Source of the DNA: Haplodiscus bocki
Lineage: Eukaryota
Length of the DNA: 64,000 nt
Assembly (NCBI GenBank): GCA_965655095.1
Contig: OZ296651.1
Span: 27,404,001-27,468,000, forward strand
Direction: 5' to 3'
Positions 32,449-45,450 of the stretch are shown in pieces. The position numbers and the translations under genes were made by a program. The notes below the pieces were generated by a model that worked only from the letters and a program-made list of their open reading frames with translations, ran no database searches and had not been told where the DNA came from. The number at the start of each line of letters is the position of its first letter. Position 1 is the first letter of the stretch.

Positions 32449-32985
32449 AAGCTGTATATTGACCGCCTTTTTCCAAACCGTGAAAAAGGGACCATTTCTC
32501 TTAAATTTTCAAGCGGATCATTTTTATTGACTTCCTTTTTATCTTTAACTGAACTCATTTTATTCACTTCAACTGTGGTGCAAATAAATTTATAAAATAT
32601 AAAACTCTCTCTGGGACTGGAAGACTGTGTGCTGGCAATCTTTACAACACTTATTCTGGATGAACTCTTTGGTTTCTCAACATTTTCAATACACTCTTCA
32701 ATTATTCTGGATGCTCTCTTCGATACAATTTTTCTTCTTTCGATAATGAATATTCTTCCCTTCAAACATTCGATGGAATCTCAACTGAATACAATATTCT
32801 TTTCTTCCTCCATTGGTTAAGACTCTACTGTTTTGGATACATTTTGGAAAACAATATACTGTAATTGACTACACCTTTTGGTTTTGGAATGTAGAATTAT
32901 ACTAATGCAATTTTGGGTTGGCTTTTTCCATAGCAGATGAACTTCTTCGCCTTCTTCATGATGTAACCAGCGGCGAAGTGACAGC

Positions 32986-32996
32986 AAGGAGGGTAG
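32986..32996 (+). promoter_or_regulatory. Polypurine tract
   Basis: AAGGAGGGTAG immediately before the 3' LTR. Confidence 0.75.
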
Positions 32997-33488
32997 TGTA
33001 ACATTCCATGTTACGATCGGAATGCTGAAAGCAAAGTTCATATGAGAAGAACGCCCATTTAAACTCAAAACTCTTAATCTCCTAATCTCTTCATCACCCT
33101 TCAATCATTTAATGACGCCACATTCTTTCGATGAACTTCAAACTTTAGAACTTACCTTAAAGTCATAACGATGCTTAATTTAGATGAATATGTCAAATTA
33201 CGGAAGTACCTCATGATTTAAATTATCTCTTATCATTAACTTCAACCCATATAAAATTTTGATTCAGTAGAAGCTGAGACCCAGCGAAGGAAAGTTGAAT
33301 TCATAAATTGCAAACTAACCATTTCTTCGATTGCTTGAAGAGTTGTAGACAGATCACTTGTAGCAAGTCTAACCGCGGGACCTCGCATCCAACAAGAACA
33401 TTGAATCTGAAATACTTTAAGAATACTAAATACCCGCTCAGGCTAAAAGAAAACTCAATAAAACAAGAAGACGAGGCGCGATCTTAGA
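32997..33488 (+). repeat. 3' LTR (492 bp)
   Basis: Near-identical to the 5' LTR; AATAAA at 33457-33462; followed by TSD CTTTT. Confidence 0.97.
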
Positions 33489-34189
33489 CTTTTATTCTGT
33501 TCTATTCACTCACCGCTTCCCCAAGCTAGAGCGAACGTGTCTATTTACTGTTACATTCCAAGCACTACATTCAAATATTCTCAAGTTTGTCGATTCAATT
33601 CGCATGAATTTTTTCTCGTTTTTCCAATAAGGTGACGACTATTCATCGCGTCAAAAAAATTGTCGATTCTCAAAACTTCGAAAATTTGCAATTTTATGCA
33701 AAGCTGCAAGAATTGACTAGTAGAGCATTGAGAGCGAAACTTTTGACGCTTTGCTAAGTGTATAATCTTTCGCTTGATCCCATGTTTTTCAAGTAAGTTC
33801 TTCACGCTTTATGCCTAGCAGCTTTGATGCCGTAATTTTTTCAATTCTCGAAAAACATGTTTTTGGGGAAAATGTCAACTTTTTCGTCGAATTGTCCAAT
33901 TCGCATCCATGATTTCAATTTCATTTTTCTGATTCACTTAAAAACTTCATCGGTAATAACAATACTCCTTAATGGCATTTTCGAGCATTCTGGTTTTTCT
34001 GCGCATTCTTGGCCGCATTTCACGGAAGTCTTTTTTCAACCCCCCAAGACAGTTTCAAATTTTCAAGAAGACATATTAGCAATTTCTTTTTACACATTCT
34101 TATTGATAGGAATAATGTGTCTTGGAAACTGGTGGCCTGTGCTTGGTTTTTTTATCATGTTCCAATCTTGTATTTTTTGACATCATCTG

Positions 34190-34525
34190 AGAGAGTCCAG
34201 TCATCTAGTGCAAACGGTTAAAAACGGCCTCTTTCTGGCTGGTTATTGTTCTTTTTTACGCTATTTGCTGCAAAATTCTTAAACGTTGGGCAGCAAAATG
34301 GCGTAACTTGAAAAGACATGAATGACATATCAATTTTTCAAGTATAAGACCCTGAGACAGTTACTTGTGTCAATTTTACTTTTCGGTCAAATTTTTGATT
34401 GACAGCTGGTGTAGTATTTCTAGAAGTTTCAGTCACATCCCCGATCTTGGTTTGAAATGTCTTCTGATGTGTGATCTCAACTGACGAGTCAGGATGTGTT
34501 GCGAAGTTCCGCTTCGCTTCTGTAT
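34190..34525 (+). repeat. Dispersed repeat, copy 1 (homologous to 44990-45450)
   Basis: Shared ttgggcagcaaa.tggcgtaacttgaaaa...ttgattgacagctg...atgtgttgcgaagttc blocks. Confidence 0.7.
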
Positions 34526-35302
34526 TTTTGCTTTTGCGAGGATGGCAGTAAAAAATATCACAGTGCTGCTGTCCCTCTTTTGATTGAGGAAGTGGAGAAA
34601 ACGTCAGTTATTGCCTGGAGCGTCGTGATTGTCTTACCATTCTGGCGATTTTTCAGTTTTGTATTCTGCAATTACTTTAAATTATCAATTCAGTTGTATA
34701 GTTTGTTACTTTGCTACAGAGAAGTTTATGCAACGATGAGCTGGACGACTGTCTGGTTCTAGCAGTGTAGTCTAATGGCAAGATCATATTGATCTTCATT
34801 CGAGTTGTGAATGTCTTTGGGGGCGCTTGCCTTTCAAATCGAACCTCGCATACGCTACATTCACCACACAGACACGTACTGCAATGATGTTTCATTTCTC
34901 CATTTTTATGTTGAATTTTGTCATTATGGAACACTTGAAAGGATTGACTGAATTCGCTGAGATTTTTTGGCAAGTACCCTCAAATTCTCATGCAAATTCC
35001 ATTATTTAGTTGAAGCCCAATAATGAACGGCCGGCCAATCACTCGTTTCACCAAAAATGTCTTTTGTGTAAATAATATCAGTGAAGTAATAATCGATTAT
35101 TTTTCAACTTACATGAATTGACATTGAATTGTTTAGAGGACCGCTTGCATCTAAAAAAAGGTGAATCTAAAATCAAGGTTTGCGGCGGGTACCAAAATCG
35201 CCTTGACCTTTGATTTTTCTTTACAGAGTCGATTGTGCCAGTTTACATTGGCGCTGGTTTAGGCAAACAGTTTGGAATCATTGTGATATTTTAGGAATTA
35301 AA

Positions 35303-35857
35303 ATGGAAGAAAGTTTACAGGTCGAATTACGACTTATATCTGAATTCCTGCAATTTCCTGATTTCGAAGTATGCCATCCTATATGTCACCAAATAAACCA
35401 AAGTCAAATTGGGACCATATCATTCAACCAGTCTGCATTGAATGAACACTTAAACTTGAAACTTAAACGGCAAGTTTCTAGTGCAACTGTATCAGCAGTG
35501 GCCGAAAGGAAGCTAAAGCTTATTTCAAAGCCCAAAATGAACGCTAAGCCTGCTACACTAACGGTAGATACAGCATCCGTGTCTGCCAATTCGAAGGTTG
35601 ATGTTTCTTCCATGATGAAAGTGGTTCAAAGCATGGATTCTAATGATAAAACGTACCAATGTTCTTTCTGTGGGTCTCAAACTTCTCTTCTGAGCTCTAT
35701 GAAACGACACATTGAGTGTAAGCATCTGCCGTCTACTGTTGTTTTCAACTGCAGATCCTGTGCTTATTCTTCCAAGTACAAACATGATCTAAAGAAGCAC
35801 TACATTAAAGTGCATAACATGCCCGAACCTGCTGCCCAAGGAATGATGATTTGCTGA
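35303..35857 (+). CDS. C2H2 zinc-finger protein (two CxxC..HxxxxH fingers), tandem paralogue 1
   Basis: YQCSFCG....SSMKRHIECKH and FNCRSCAYSSKYKHDLKKHYIKVH; ATG at 35303 aligns with the paralogue's start. Confidence 0.8.
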   Translation: MEESLQVELRLISEFLQFPDFEVCHPICHQINQSQIGTISFNQSALNEHLNLKLKRQVSSATVSAVAERKLKLISKPKMNAKPATLTVDTASVSANSKVDVSSMMKVVQSMDSNDKTYQCSFCGSQTSLLSSMKRHIECKHLPSTVVFNCRSCAYSSKYKHDLKKHYIKVHNMPEPAAQGMMIC

Positions 35858-36153
35858 TTACTCGTTCTTTCAAAGGAAACGTTTTCAAAAGTTTTGCAAA
35901 CATTTTTTTCTCAAGTATTTTACATTGCTTTTTGAAAAAAAAATGAAAATTTAGTCACTGCATGAAGTTGAGTAGGGTAACTTGTCAGTATTTGGTTAAA
36001 TTTTAGAATCAAAAATTCATTGTGTCAAGTTTTCCGTCCTAAAGGTTTGTATCAGTTGTAGGATCGCATAGTAAAAAGTTGAAGACCTAGTTGAAGATAT
36101 TCCGCAACATCTGAGCAACTAAATTATAATTGATGGGAGCTTTCAGGGCTTGA

Positions 36154-36714
36154 ATGGAAGACTACATACAAGTGCAATTGCAGCTAATGTCTGAGGTTTT
36201 AGAATTCTCCCTTGTCGATACCTGGCACCCTATACATCATCAACTAAACCAAATTCAAATCGGTACCATATCGTTTGACCAATTTCCGCTGAATGAAAAC
36301 TTCAACCTGAAACTAAAGCGACATGTACGCTCTGAAGCGGTTTCACCTCCGGTCACTACCAAGAAACTAAAAACCAATCCAAAGCCCCAGCCCAAAATGG
36401 AGACGAGACCAGCTACGGTAAATACGGCAGGACTTTCTGGGAATTCTCCTAAAATTGATGTTTCTTCCATGATGAAAATAGTTCAAAGCGTGGGTTCGAA
36501 TGATAAAACGTACCAATGTGCTTACTGCGGGTCTGAAAGTACACATATGAGCTCAATGAAACGACACATAGAATCTAAACACCTACCGTCGACTGTTGTA
36601 TTCAACTGCAGATCTTGCTCTTATTCATCCAAGTATAAACATGATTTAAAGAAGCACTACATGAAAGTGCATAACATGCCCGAACCTGCTGCCCAAGGAA
36701 TGCTTGTTTGTTGA
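36154..36714 (+). CDS. C2H2 zinc-finger protein, tandem paralogue 2
   Basis: 186 aa, collinear with paralogue 1; finger region nearly identical at protein level with many synonymous changes. Confidence 0.82.
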   Translation: MEDYIQVQLQLMSEVLEFSLVDTWHPIHHQLNQIQIGTISFDQFPLNENFNLKLKRHVRSEAVSPPVTTKKLKTNPKPQPKMETRPATVNTAGLSGNSPKIDVSSMMKIVQSVGSNDKTYQCAYCGSESTHMSSMKRHIESKHLPSTVVFNCRSCSYSSKYKHDLKKHYMKVHNMPEPAAQGMLVC

Positions 36715-39700
36715 TTGAGCACTGAGTCAACAAAAACGTTACTTGAATTTTTCAAGCCTGCAATTCTAATCCAGTGGCATGCGGAACCATTTCCCGTTTC
36801 AGATTTGAAGATCTAGATGCCTTAAACAGTAAAGTGACAGATTTTCTAATGTTGAGTTTTGGAAGCATATCAGAGTAGTTAGTCAAACAAACTTAACGTT
36901 ATCAAGTTATCTTCACTGCTGCAAACTGATAACCAACTGATACTACCTTTCGAAGAGTAGCATCTTGATTGTTCCATTTATGCTTAATTAAATAAAATCA
37001 GTTGAAATAGGTTTACGTCAAAAATGAGTTGATTAACAAAGCATCGAGGAAATTCAAAATTTTCAATTTCTGATAAATAACAAGATCATTGGGAGCCTAC
37101 TAAATTTTCCTCTGCTTCCAGTATTGCATTGAATCATACGTTGCTGAGCTCTTGGAGTAGGTGCAAAATCAACTGAACTCATTGTTTGAAGGCTGCGAGC
37201 ATTTTTCTCGGATAGTATCCTCTCCATTTTTTCATCGATCGTTGAAGGCTAAATATAACCATCTCTAGAAACAAATTAGCGGAACCCATTCTTGCATATC
37301 GTTTTTTCCCTTCACGGTACAAAAAATGGTGCTAAAAGTTGCTTTTAGTCTGACAAACAAATTAACTAAGAACTCGTACGAGTTAGTTCATTGAAGCTTG
37401 TTTCTCTGTGTTACGGTGATCTTAATTTAAGAGTGTCAGCGCGTCTTTAGTCAAGTAAGCTAGCCTTTAGTTTGCCTTCAGTTCAAAAATTGATTCATTT
37501 TCAGCCACTCATGATTGCATGGTAAAAACAACAAAAGTCATTCTAACAGTCAAGCTCTTTTCTCTAACAGCTTGGGACAAAATTAATTTCATGAAAAAGT
37601 TTTATATATTGTATATCATGATTGAGCTGACAAATCGCCAGTTCAAAGACGTTTTTTTGTCTTGATGTAAACAGGTCGCACAAGATAGACAGGATGAACT
37701 CCGCTTCTGGTCCGGTCGTGTTTGGTGTAGTGGCTAATGAAAATGGCCAGGCGCGCTCTGTAACTACAACCATGCAGGCTCAGTTCGCATCTCCGCCAAA
37801 ATTTTGCGTTCATTTTTTCCATTTTTCTCGATTTTCGCTTTTTTGGAGAAAGACCAAATTTCTTGATTGAGAGATATCTGTTATCTGCGCTGAGGAATTT
37901 ATGCAAGTTAACTCCAAATTGAAATATTCTGAAGGTTGTCGAATATTTTCGCCGAGATTTCAAATCGGTAGCTAAAAACTTGGCATAATTTCGAAACTGA
38001 GGTAAAATTTTGATCATCAAGAATAAATTTTGGTATTTTTGCCTGAATTTCGCTTTTCTCCCTTCGAAGTCACGTTTTTCGCGCAGAATCCGAGAAAGCT
38101 ATTACAAACGTATGAATTTTGGAAACTTCCGGGGTTCATTTAGAAAAAAAACAAATTGCGTGCTTTTAGTGTACTACTCATGCTAGAATTTGCCTTTTCG
38201 CCTTGCCAATCATCCATTAAGCTTCACGTACTGCATAATTCAATATGAAACTTTGATTGCCATTTTTTTTTGAAAAATGGCTCTCTCGGTGATCTACAAT
38301 AGCTCCCTCTTTTTCAAGAATTTTCACAATTTGGCTTCCTATATTAATTTTCTAGCCTTTATCCAAACATATACGACGAAAGCATAAATGTAGACAGTTA
38401 CAGCAAATCTTTTAAAAATCTTTCAGGACTTAACAGCCTTTTTTATGCTATAAAGTGGGCTAAAAAGCTAATATCACGACTTCTCCAAGCATTCCACAGT
38501 CAACTTTCTAGCAACTAGGCCTAACCTGTACGTTATAGAAACACAAATGTAGCTAAATGCACCAGGAACTTTCAAAATTGCTCCATTCTAAAGCTTTTCG
38601 GTGGTTTAAATCAGAGGAAAACTAGCTACTTTTTCGACTGCGGAATTTGCGCTCCTTGGCCTTATATTTCTGCTTTTGAGCTACAAGCGCATCGAAAACT
38701 AATAAGATAGGTTTTATATGCTGCTGTTATTCAGAAAATCTTGGACATATGCCAAATTATGGTCATGTACAGCTCATTTTCGTGAGAAAAAGTACCTAAT
38801 TTGGCAGTTTCTGTAAATTTATTCCTGTGCATTCCAATTCAACATCGTGGCTACGCATCCAGCATAATAGGAAAGTGCAAACTGTTAGGATTTTGCAACT
38901 TTGGTAATGATAGTTTTGGTTCCCAGAGTCAGGCAAAATCTGCTAAAAGTATCCATTTGGTGTTCGCTTGCCCTCGAAAACGATTTCTGGGCTCTATTTC
39001 ACTCAGATGTGAAAAACGCACGTGCCTTTACTATGAACACGTTCTTCCAGTTGTTTTTCTGCTAAAAAAAATCTGCTTTCGAGCAAGTTACGAGCTTCAG
39101 CGCGCTTAGGTGTGGTGTAATTTTCGAAGAAGAACCAGAAATCTCAAACGTAACAGAAGTCACGCTTTTCTAGAGTGTTTACATTTCGCTAATTCTGGAC
39201 TTCTTAAAACAACTTTGCACTCGCGAAATCCCATAAATTCATTTCGATAACTTCGGAAAACTTATTTTTCAACAAGCATCTTTTCCTCTTGAAGGGTAGT
39301 GTTGTTCCGAAAATGTTTGCCAGCTTTTCGAAGCTCTGCTTCCTCTCTGTCCTATACTTGCGCATGAGAGTTTTGTTTCAGACTTCTGCCACTTTTCAGA
39401 TCCGTTTACAAGTCAAAATTATCACTTTTGTCAAAATAATGACGTGTCCGATCTTCTTTGGAAGACTTGTGGTTTTTTGCGTCCAAGCAGTGCTAATTAG
39501 TTTCCTTAATGCGTACCGGTCTTCTGAGGTGGACAGGATTAACTGTTTTGTTATTTTCTGCGAGACTTGTAATTGGAAAAAGACGATGTTTTCATTTGCG
39601 TCATTTGTCGAAGATTTTTTGTTGAAGGTTAGCTGTCGAAGGGCGTCCCGCCCAAGTTATTATGCTTTCCGTTGCGTACAGATCCTCTCTGGTGGCAAAT

Positions 39701-42599
39701 TTTTCTTCAAAAACTTTGTCGAATCTCCTCAGTTCTGTTGAGAAAATAAATGATATTCTGACGTATGCCGTTCGGTAAAATTATTTTTCTGGTCTAGCGG
39801 TCAGACTTCGGTCATCTAGCGCTACGTCAATTTCTTGTTACCTAGAGGTACTGTGAAATACCGGAGGTCAAAATTGCCATATTTTTCTCTGAACTTTTGA
39901 CTTGTTTTTGGATAACCCGTGAAGTTTTTTTCTTGCGTCCTCAGTTGAAACTTAGTTTCTTCAAAATAGTTGGATTGCAATCAGCAGCTTCCACTGACAA
40001 GTCCAGATGTTTCTCGTACTTCTATTGTGATAAATTTTAACCTCAAATTGAAAAATCAAAAATGTTCACACTTGCACCGATCGTCGAAAGGGTTTTCGCG
40101 AATACTCTGTCGGATCTGCTTAACAGTGGTGGTCATGTCACAAAAAGCGCATAGGCGGACAAAAGAGCAAAGAAAATTTGAGGAGTTTGACCATTGTGAC
40201 CTTCGGCAAATCACGGACGCTTCTGCCGCTAGTCCACCATTGTTAGACCAGGATACACTGATACTTTTTTCCGACTCTAGACAACTGTAAAATGTACGTT
40301 TGGGTTCACGATGCTCCGCCGTTCGAAATGATTTGTTCGCAGGTTATTGGTCATAACCTAATTCCTTCGAGCTCAAACATAGTTAAACTGTCAATCGATT
40401 ACTGTAGGTATAAATCATTTATCCGCCACTCCTTTATCAGCTATTTCGCACTAAATAACCGTCAAATCCGATTATCTGCCGTAAACAATATTTTTTGTTG
40501 CTTTTTGTGATGGATTTGGAGGGTCAGCTCTTGATTGTTCGCCACTTTTGATTAATGGCCAATTGTCAACCAAATATGCAAATATACACTGCTGTGGATC
40601 AGTGCCCACTTGAGTAATTCATTTGAAACCATTCATAGTACAAGTTTAGAATTACGGTTTTTTATTTGGTTGGATGCCATCGTTTCTTTGCTTAGTAAAG
40701 AGTTTGCTGAAGGTATAAATCGCCCCAGGGAAAAGATTTTAATTCATTCAGTTTTTCAGCGGTAAGAGCGACATGTAGAAACACTAGTTGCGTCCTTTTT
40801 GAAAGCTGTTTCTCTGAAAAACCACTGATTGGATTGGCATCATCCAGTTCTGAATCGGAAGTCTGCAATATGGAGATGAGAAATCTGAAATCTGATGAGA
40901 AGTGGCGTTCCATTTTGTCCACGTTAAGTATTTTTTCGAGTTTGTAGTTTAAAATTTTCAAATTGCGTTTTTTGAATTTTGTTGGAAAGCTACTGGTCTA
41001 GTTATTACCATCTCGCGGTGATCCAAAAACCCTCCATATGGAGAGTCAATGGAGTAGCATTGATGTTATGTTTCTTGCTTCTACCGCTAAATGTTTCACT
41101 TGTTGGTCGAAGTCCTCTTGAAATTGTTAATCTGAGGCAAACGGTCTCATTGCGGCCATCTAGTGCTCGACCAAAGCTCACACTATGGAAAGTGTAGTGA
41201 GAAGCAGAGAAGTTCTGTTCCATACTTTTAACGCCAAGTATCTGCTTTTCCAATTTGTAATCCGATTCATTATTTTTCGCAAAATTCTTAAGAATATGAA
41301 CGCAAAATCTTCCTCTCAAATAGGTCCGTTTTTTTTTAGCCGATGTTTGCCAATTGAGCTCGCGTAAACGAGCCAACATCGGTTGTTCACGTGTTTGAAT
41401 TTCAATTTTTTTTCATCAAATTGTGGGAAGTTTGCCGTAGAATGCGACTGAAATAGTAAAGTTTCTCAGAACGTTCAAAGATTGGGTTTTTTCAAAAAAA
41501 ATGAATGGGTTTTCGAAAAAATAATTTGATTTTTTTAAAAAATCGCCAAAGGTAGTAAATTTGCTGTAGAATGCGTATAATATGGCAATATTTCCTAAAA
41601 ATGTATTGTCAGTCCCCATTATGAGTTTTATTTGGCAAAAAAAAACAGAAAAATTTAAACTTTGGAAAAATTAGTAGAAAATATGATGAAGAAAAAGTGT
41701 TTTTTTTTCTAAGAAAAAACGTTTTAAGCTTTCAAAATTGCATCTTTACCAAATTGAGAAAGCGCAAAATATGACGCTGGTAGCCGGCCGCGTTGTCTTA
41801 TTATGCGTTTAAAGGTGTTTTTGGAAGACTGCCGGTCTGGATTGCGGCCATCCAAAGATTGTGGCTCATTCCAAAGCACATGGTATCGATAGTCTGAAGA
41901 TTAGTAATTTTATTTCGTGATTTTACGTGAAATAGGTTGGCGTGTATTTTGAAATTCTCTTTTTTTAAATTCTCTCTTTGGAAATAATTCTTCTCAGAGA
42001 AAACGCGTCGGAATCCAGCCATTCAGTACTCACGAAAAATCTTGTAATATGGAGAGTCTGGAAGAAGCAGATAAATGTTGTTTCATACCTTGTAACATGA
42101 AGTATCTTCAATTTTGATTCGAACTTTTTCTACAAATTTTTTTTTCGGAGACCGCCGTTTGGATTGCGGCAATGTTATGCTCCTTCGAAAACCTGCACTA
42201 ATGAGAAGCTGCAGGAATCTCATGTTTCTTAGATTCAATTGCTTTGAATCGTTATCTGAAATTCCAAAGAAGTTTGCACCTGTTTGTGTTTTCCTCGAAG
42301 ACTAGCCGAATCCGACCATCTAATGCTCGCTCGAAAGCCCGCGAAGAAGATTATTTTGCGATGCATGATTGATATTAGATAGGATTCCTATTGAAAAACT
42401 TTATTTTCTATGTCTTTTCTGCAGTAGAAACATTTTTCTGTAAAATTTGCTTTAACGAAATATTTGTAAGAATCAAGTGTGCAATCTTTGTCAATGCCCT
42501 TCTCACCTTTTTGCAAGTGTATGCAAAGCACAGTTTCGCACCGTAGTGAAACTTATGCAGTAAGTATATCCGCACAAGTCGCCATGTGTATGTAGTGTC

Positions 42600-43250
42600 T
42601 GGGTCGTACATTTCTCAAGAATAGTTTGTTCAAACTTTAGTGATTGAATCCTTTTGTCTTGGTTCTACTTCATGAATGGTCATCCGATGTTTATGTCCAC
42701 TATTTTTCCTAGTTTAGTCGCTCCAATCGAAAAGGGTTTCTTGTTTCTGTATTGAAAGGTTCTAGTTTCCAATATGCTTTTCCCTGGAACCCTTTTTTGA
42801 CCCTATTTAGTCTAGTCAATGTTGCATCTCCGTCCTACGATGTCTATGAAAGAATGAAATTCTTGGCACTAGGATTGAGACAAGAAGTTCAGTCCATAAA
42901 AGTCAATCTTTGTACGTCAGGTGGTTAGTTCCCAGGATCGAACTCGTATTTCTATATTTTTCTGGTAACCTCTGCTGTTTTTCCACAAGACACTCCCATG
43001 AAATAGATGGGCACCTCGTAACTTTATACATGTTCTTTCGGCTTCGCCAGTGCGTGAGTGGGGAAATGTTCTGTTTAAAAACGACTCTATGGCTGTACTT
43101 GCTCTGTGATCTGGTTGCATGTTCCATCTTATTATGTCTCGAGAAGATCATGTTTCCCTGACGTTTTTCCGCTTCGGAGTGTTCGAAGTAAGTTCCGTTC
43201 ATACAGAGCGTTGTGTCATGAAGATTAGCGTTCTTGCTCGAAATGCATCA
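42600..43250 (-). mobile_element. Possible decayed LINE RT C-terminal fragment
   Basis: MIFSR..WNMQ....ASTAIESFLNRTFP ... HLFHGSVLW resembles the post-RT LINE pattern (W..H....A....FL.R.F....P.L.YGS.VW); frames broken. Confidence 0.35.
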
Positions 43251-44989
43251 GATTCAAGCTTCCAGAAATAACTTTTCAATCTGTTTTTATTTAAGATAAC
43301 AAACGCCGGCTTATTACGGCCGACCAGCGTCTTTTTTCGTTGTAACGTTCACAGCTCGGACAAAACCAAACTGGGATGAACCTAGTCAAAGTCGGAGATC
43401 TTTTGCTCTCGATGTTTCCTTTTTTCTCAATTTGACATTCTTTTTTGGAAAAACGACCTATTTTCTCAATTTGTGTAGTTGTTTTTTGTATTGAGGTTTT
43501 TTGGAAATTCACTCCAAATCTAATTTCTCAGAAGTTATTGAATTTTTCGCCGCAATTTCAAATTGGTAAAGAGTTTATTATTTTCGAAATTGAGCTAATT
43601 TTTCGGCCCTTGAAAAAATTGCTAATTTTTGCCGTATTTTCGTTTTTCCTTACCATGTCAAATGTTTCGAGCGGAAATGGGCGAAACTATTACGAAGAAA
43701 ACTGTAAGAATTTTTGCGATTTTGGTGAAAAAATGTAAATTTAGTGCACAAAAATTGCTGGTTTTCTTGTATTTTTGGTTATTTCCGCTCTTTTGGCTCA
43801 ATTCAAATTTTCAAATGCGGAGGCAAGCTTAATGAGTACAGAACGTTGAGCTTCCTGGAGTTCTTCCAAATTCTAAAAGTCTTGCAGAGAATGGTGTCCT
43901 TAGTTTTTTAAAGTAGGCCGAAATTTAGCTAGGTTTCCGATTCTCGCAATTTTTCGCATTTCTGATTTCAATACCAACTTTTACCAGTGTGTCCCGAAAA
44001 AATAAGAGGAAGCATAAATGCAATCAAAAACAATTGATCTTTTCGAGCTTTTGCGGCTTTTGATAGGCTTAAGTGAAGTATTTCATTCTATAAACTAGGA
44101 CACAATTGGTAATATTGCGGTTTCCCCCAAATTTTTTTGCACTTTTGTCTTCATTCAAATTTCTTTAAAAGTTGTTAAAATTTACGCCATTGATGAAGGA
44201 GTATAGTTTTGTGTGAAATCAGAAGGCTTTTTTCCCTTGTGTTATCAAATTCGACCATATTTATTAGAGCGTAGCAAACTGTGTCAAAATTATAATTTAT
44301 TCTGTTGATTGATCTCAGACTTCCTTTGTTTGAAACAAGATACCGGAGTACCTCGGGATATTTCCCGCTTTCCAACATTGTTAAAATTCCGTTTTAGAAG
44401 TAAAAATGAGTTTTTAGGAGAATATACCTTTTTCAAGCAAATTTGCGGCAAAGCAAATTTTCAAAAATTGTTTTGAAACCCTAAATTTTTGTTGAACAGC
44501 CGTTTTTGAGAATCGTTACCATTCTTTCGTAGATGTGTCATTTTTCAATAAATTGAAAGATCCTCATTCGTTTTCAAAAAACCATTTTAATCGATTTTTA
44601 CGGCAAGTTTTTACAATGGCGTGTTGAAAAATTTAATCAAATTCGTGCTTTTTGTTGAAATTGTCCAATTGGCAAGGTTACGTGTGGATGCAAGGCGAAT
44701 CGATAATTTTCCTGCCGCTTTTAAGTATATGCGGAAAACAATTAGTGGTTTAGAGATAAACGTTAGCAGTTTTAAGCGTGGTCTGAGGCCAGTCATTTCT
44801 CTCTACCAATCAGTAATGTTTTCAGATTTATTATACAAATTCATTTTCTTCTTGAATTTTCCTAGTTTCCAACCAATATTTCTTCAATAGCAAAAAAAGC
44901 TATTACACATTCTGATTGAAAGGAGGAATATGTATTGTAAGCGACTTGTGCTTAGTTTTTTTATCCTTTGCAAAATTTGCATTTTTTGA

Positions 44990-45450
44990 CGTCATCAGAG
45001 AGTCTATTCTTCTAGTGTAAACAGTCACAAACGGAATCTTGTCGGCAAGTACGTGTTCATTTTCGCCTTGTTTATTTGCCAACTTCTGAAATGTTGGGCA
45101 GCAAATGGCCCAACCTAGAAAGACATGATTGACATGTCAATTTTTTTAATGAGACTGTGTGACAGGTACTTGTTATATTTCACGTTGTTCACTGTGCAAT
45201 CTTCTTAAGCATTGGGCAGCAAATTGGCGTAACTTGAAAAAAAACACAATTGACATATCAAATTTCCGAGTATGAGAGCCTGTGACAGGTACTTGTCTGA
45301 TTTGACTTTACAAACAAACGCTTGATTGACAGCTGCAGGAGTATTTCTAAAAGTTTCAATCAAACCTCTGATCATGGTTTCAAATGTCTTCCGGGGCCCG
45401 TTGTCGCAAAAAGTCAGAATGTGTTGCGAAGTTCAGTTTCGCCTCTGTGT
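44990..45450 (+). repeat. Dispersed repeat, copy 2, with internal tandem duplication (~45094 and ~45212)
   Basis: Direct sequence similarity to 34190-34525. Confidence 0.7.

Larger units (their letters stand above)
17745..33488 (+). mobile_element. Full-length env-bearing Ty3/Gypsy LTR retrotransposon (errantivirus-like provirus), 15,744 bp, with accessory genes
   Basis: Paired 492-bp LTRs, 5-bp TSD CTTTT (17740-17744 / 33489-33493), PBS, PPT, gag, PR-RT-RH-IN order, env. Confidence 0.97.
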
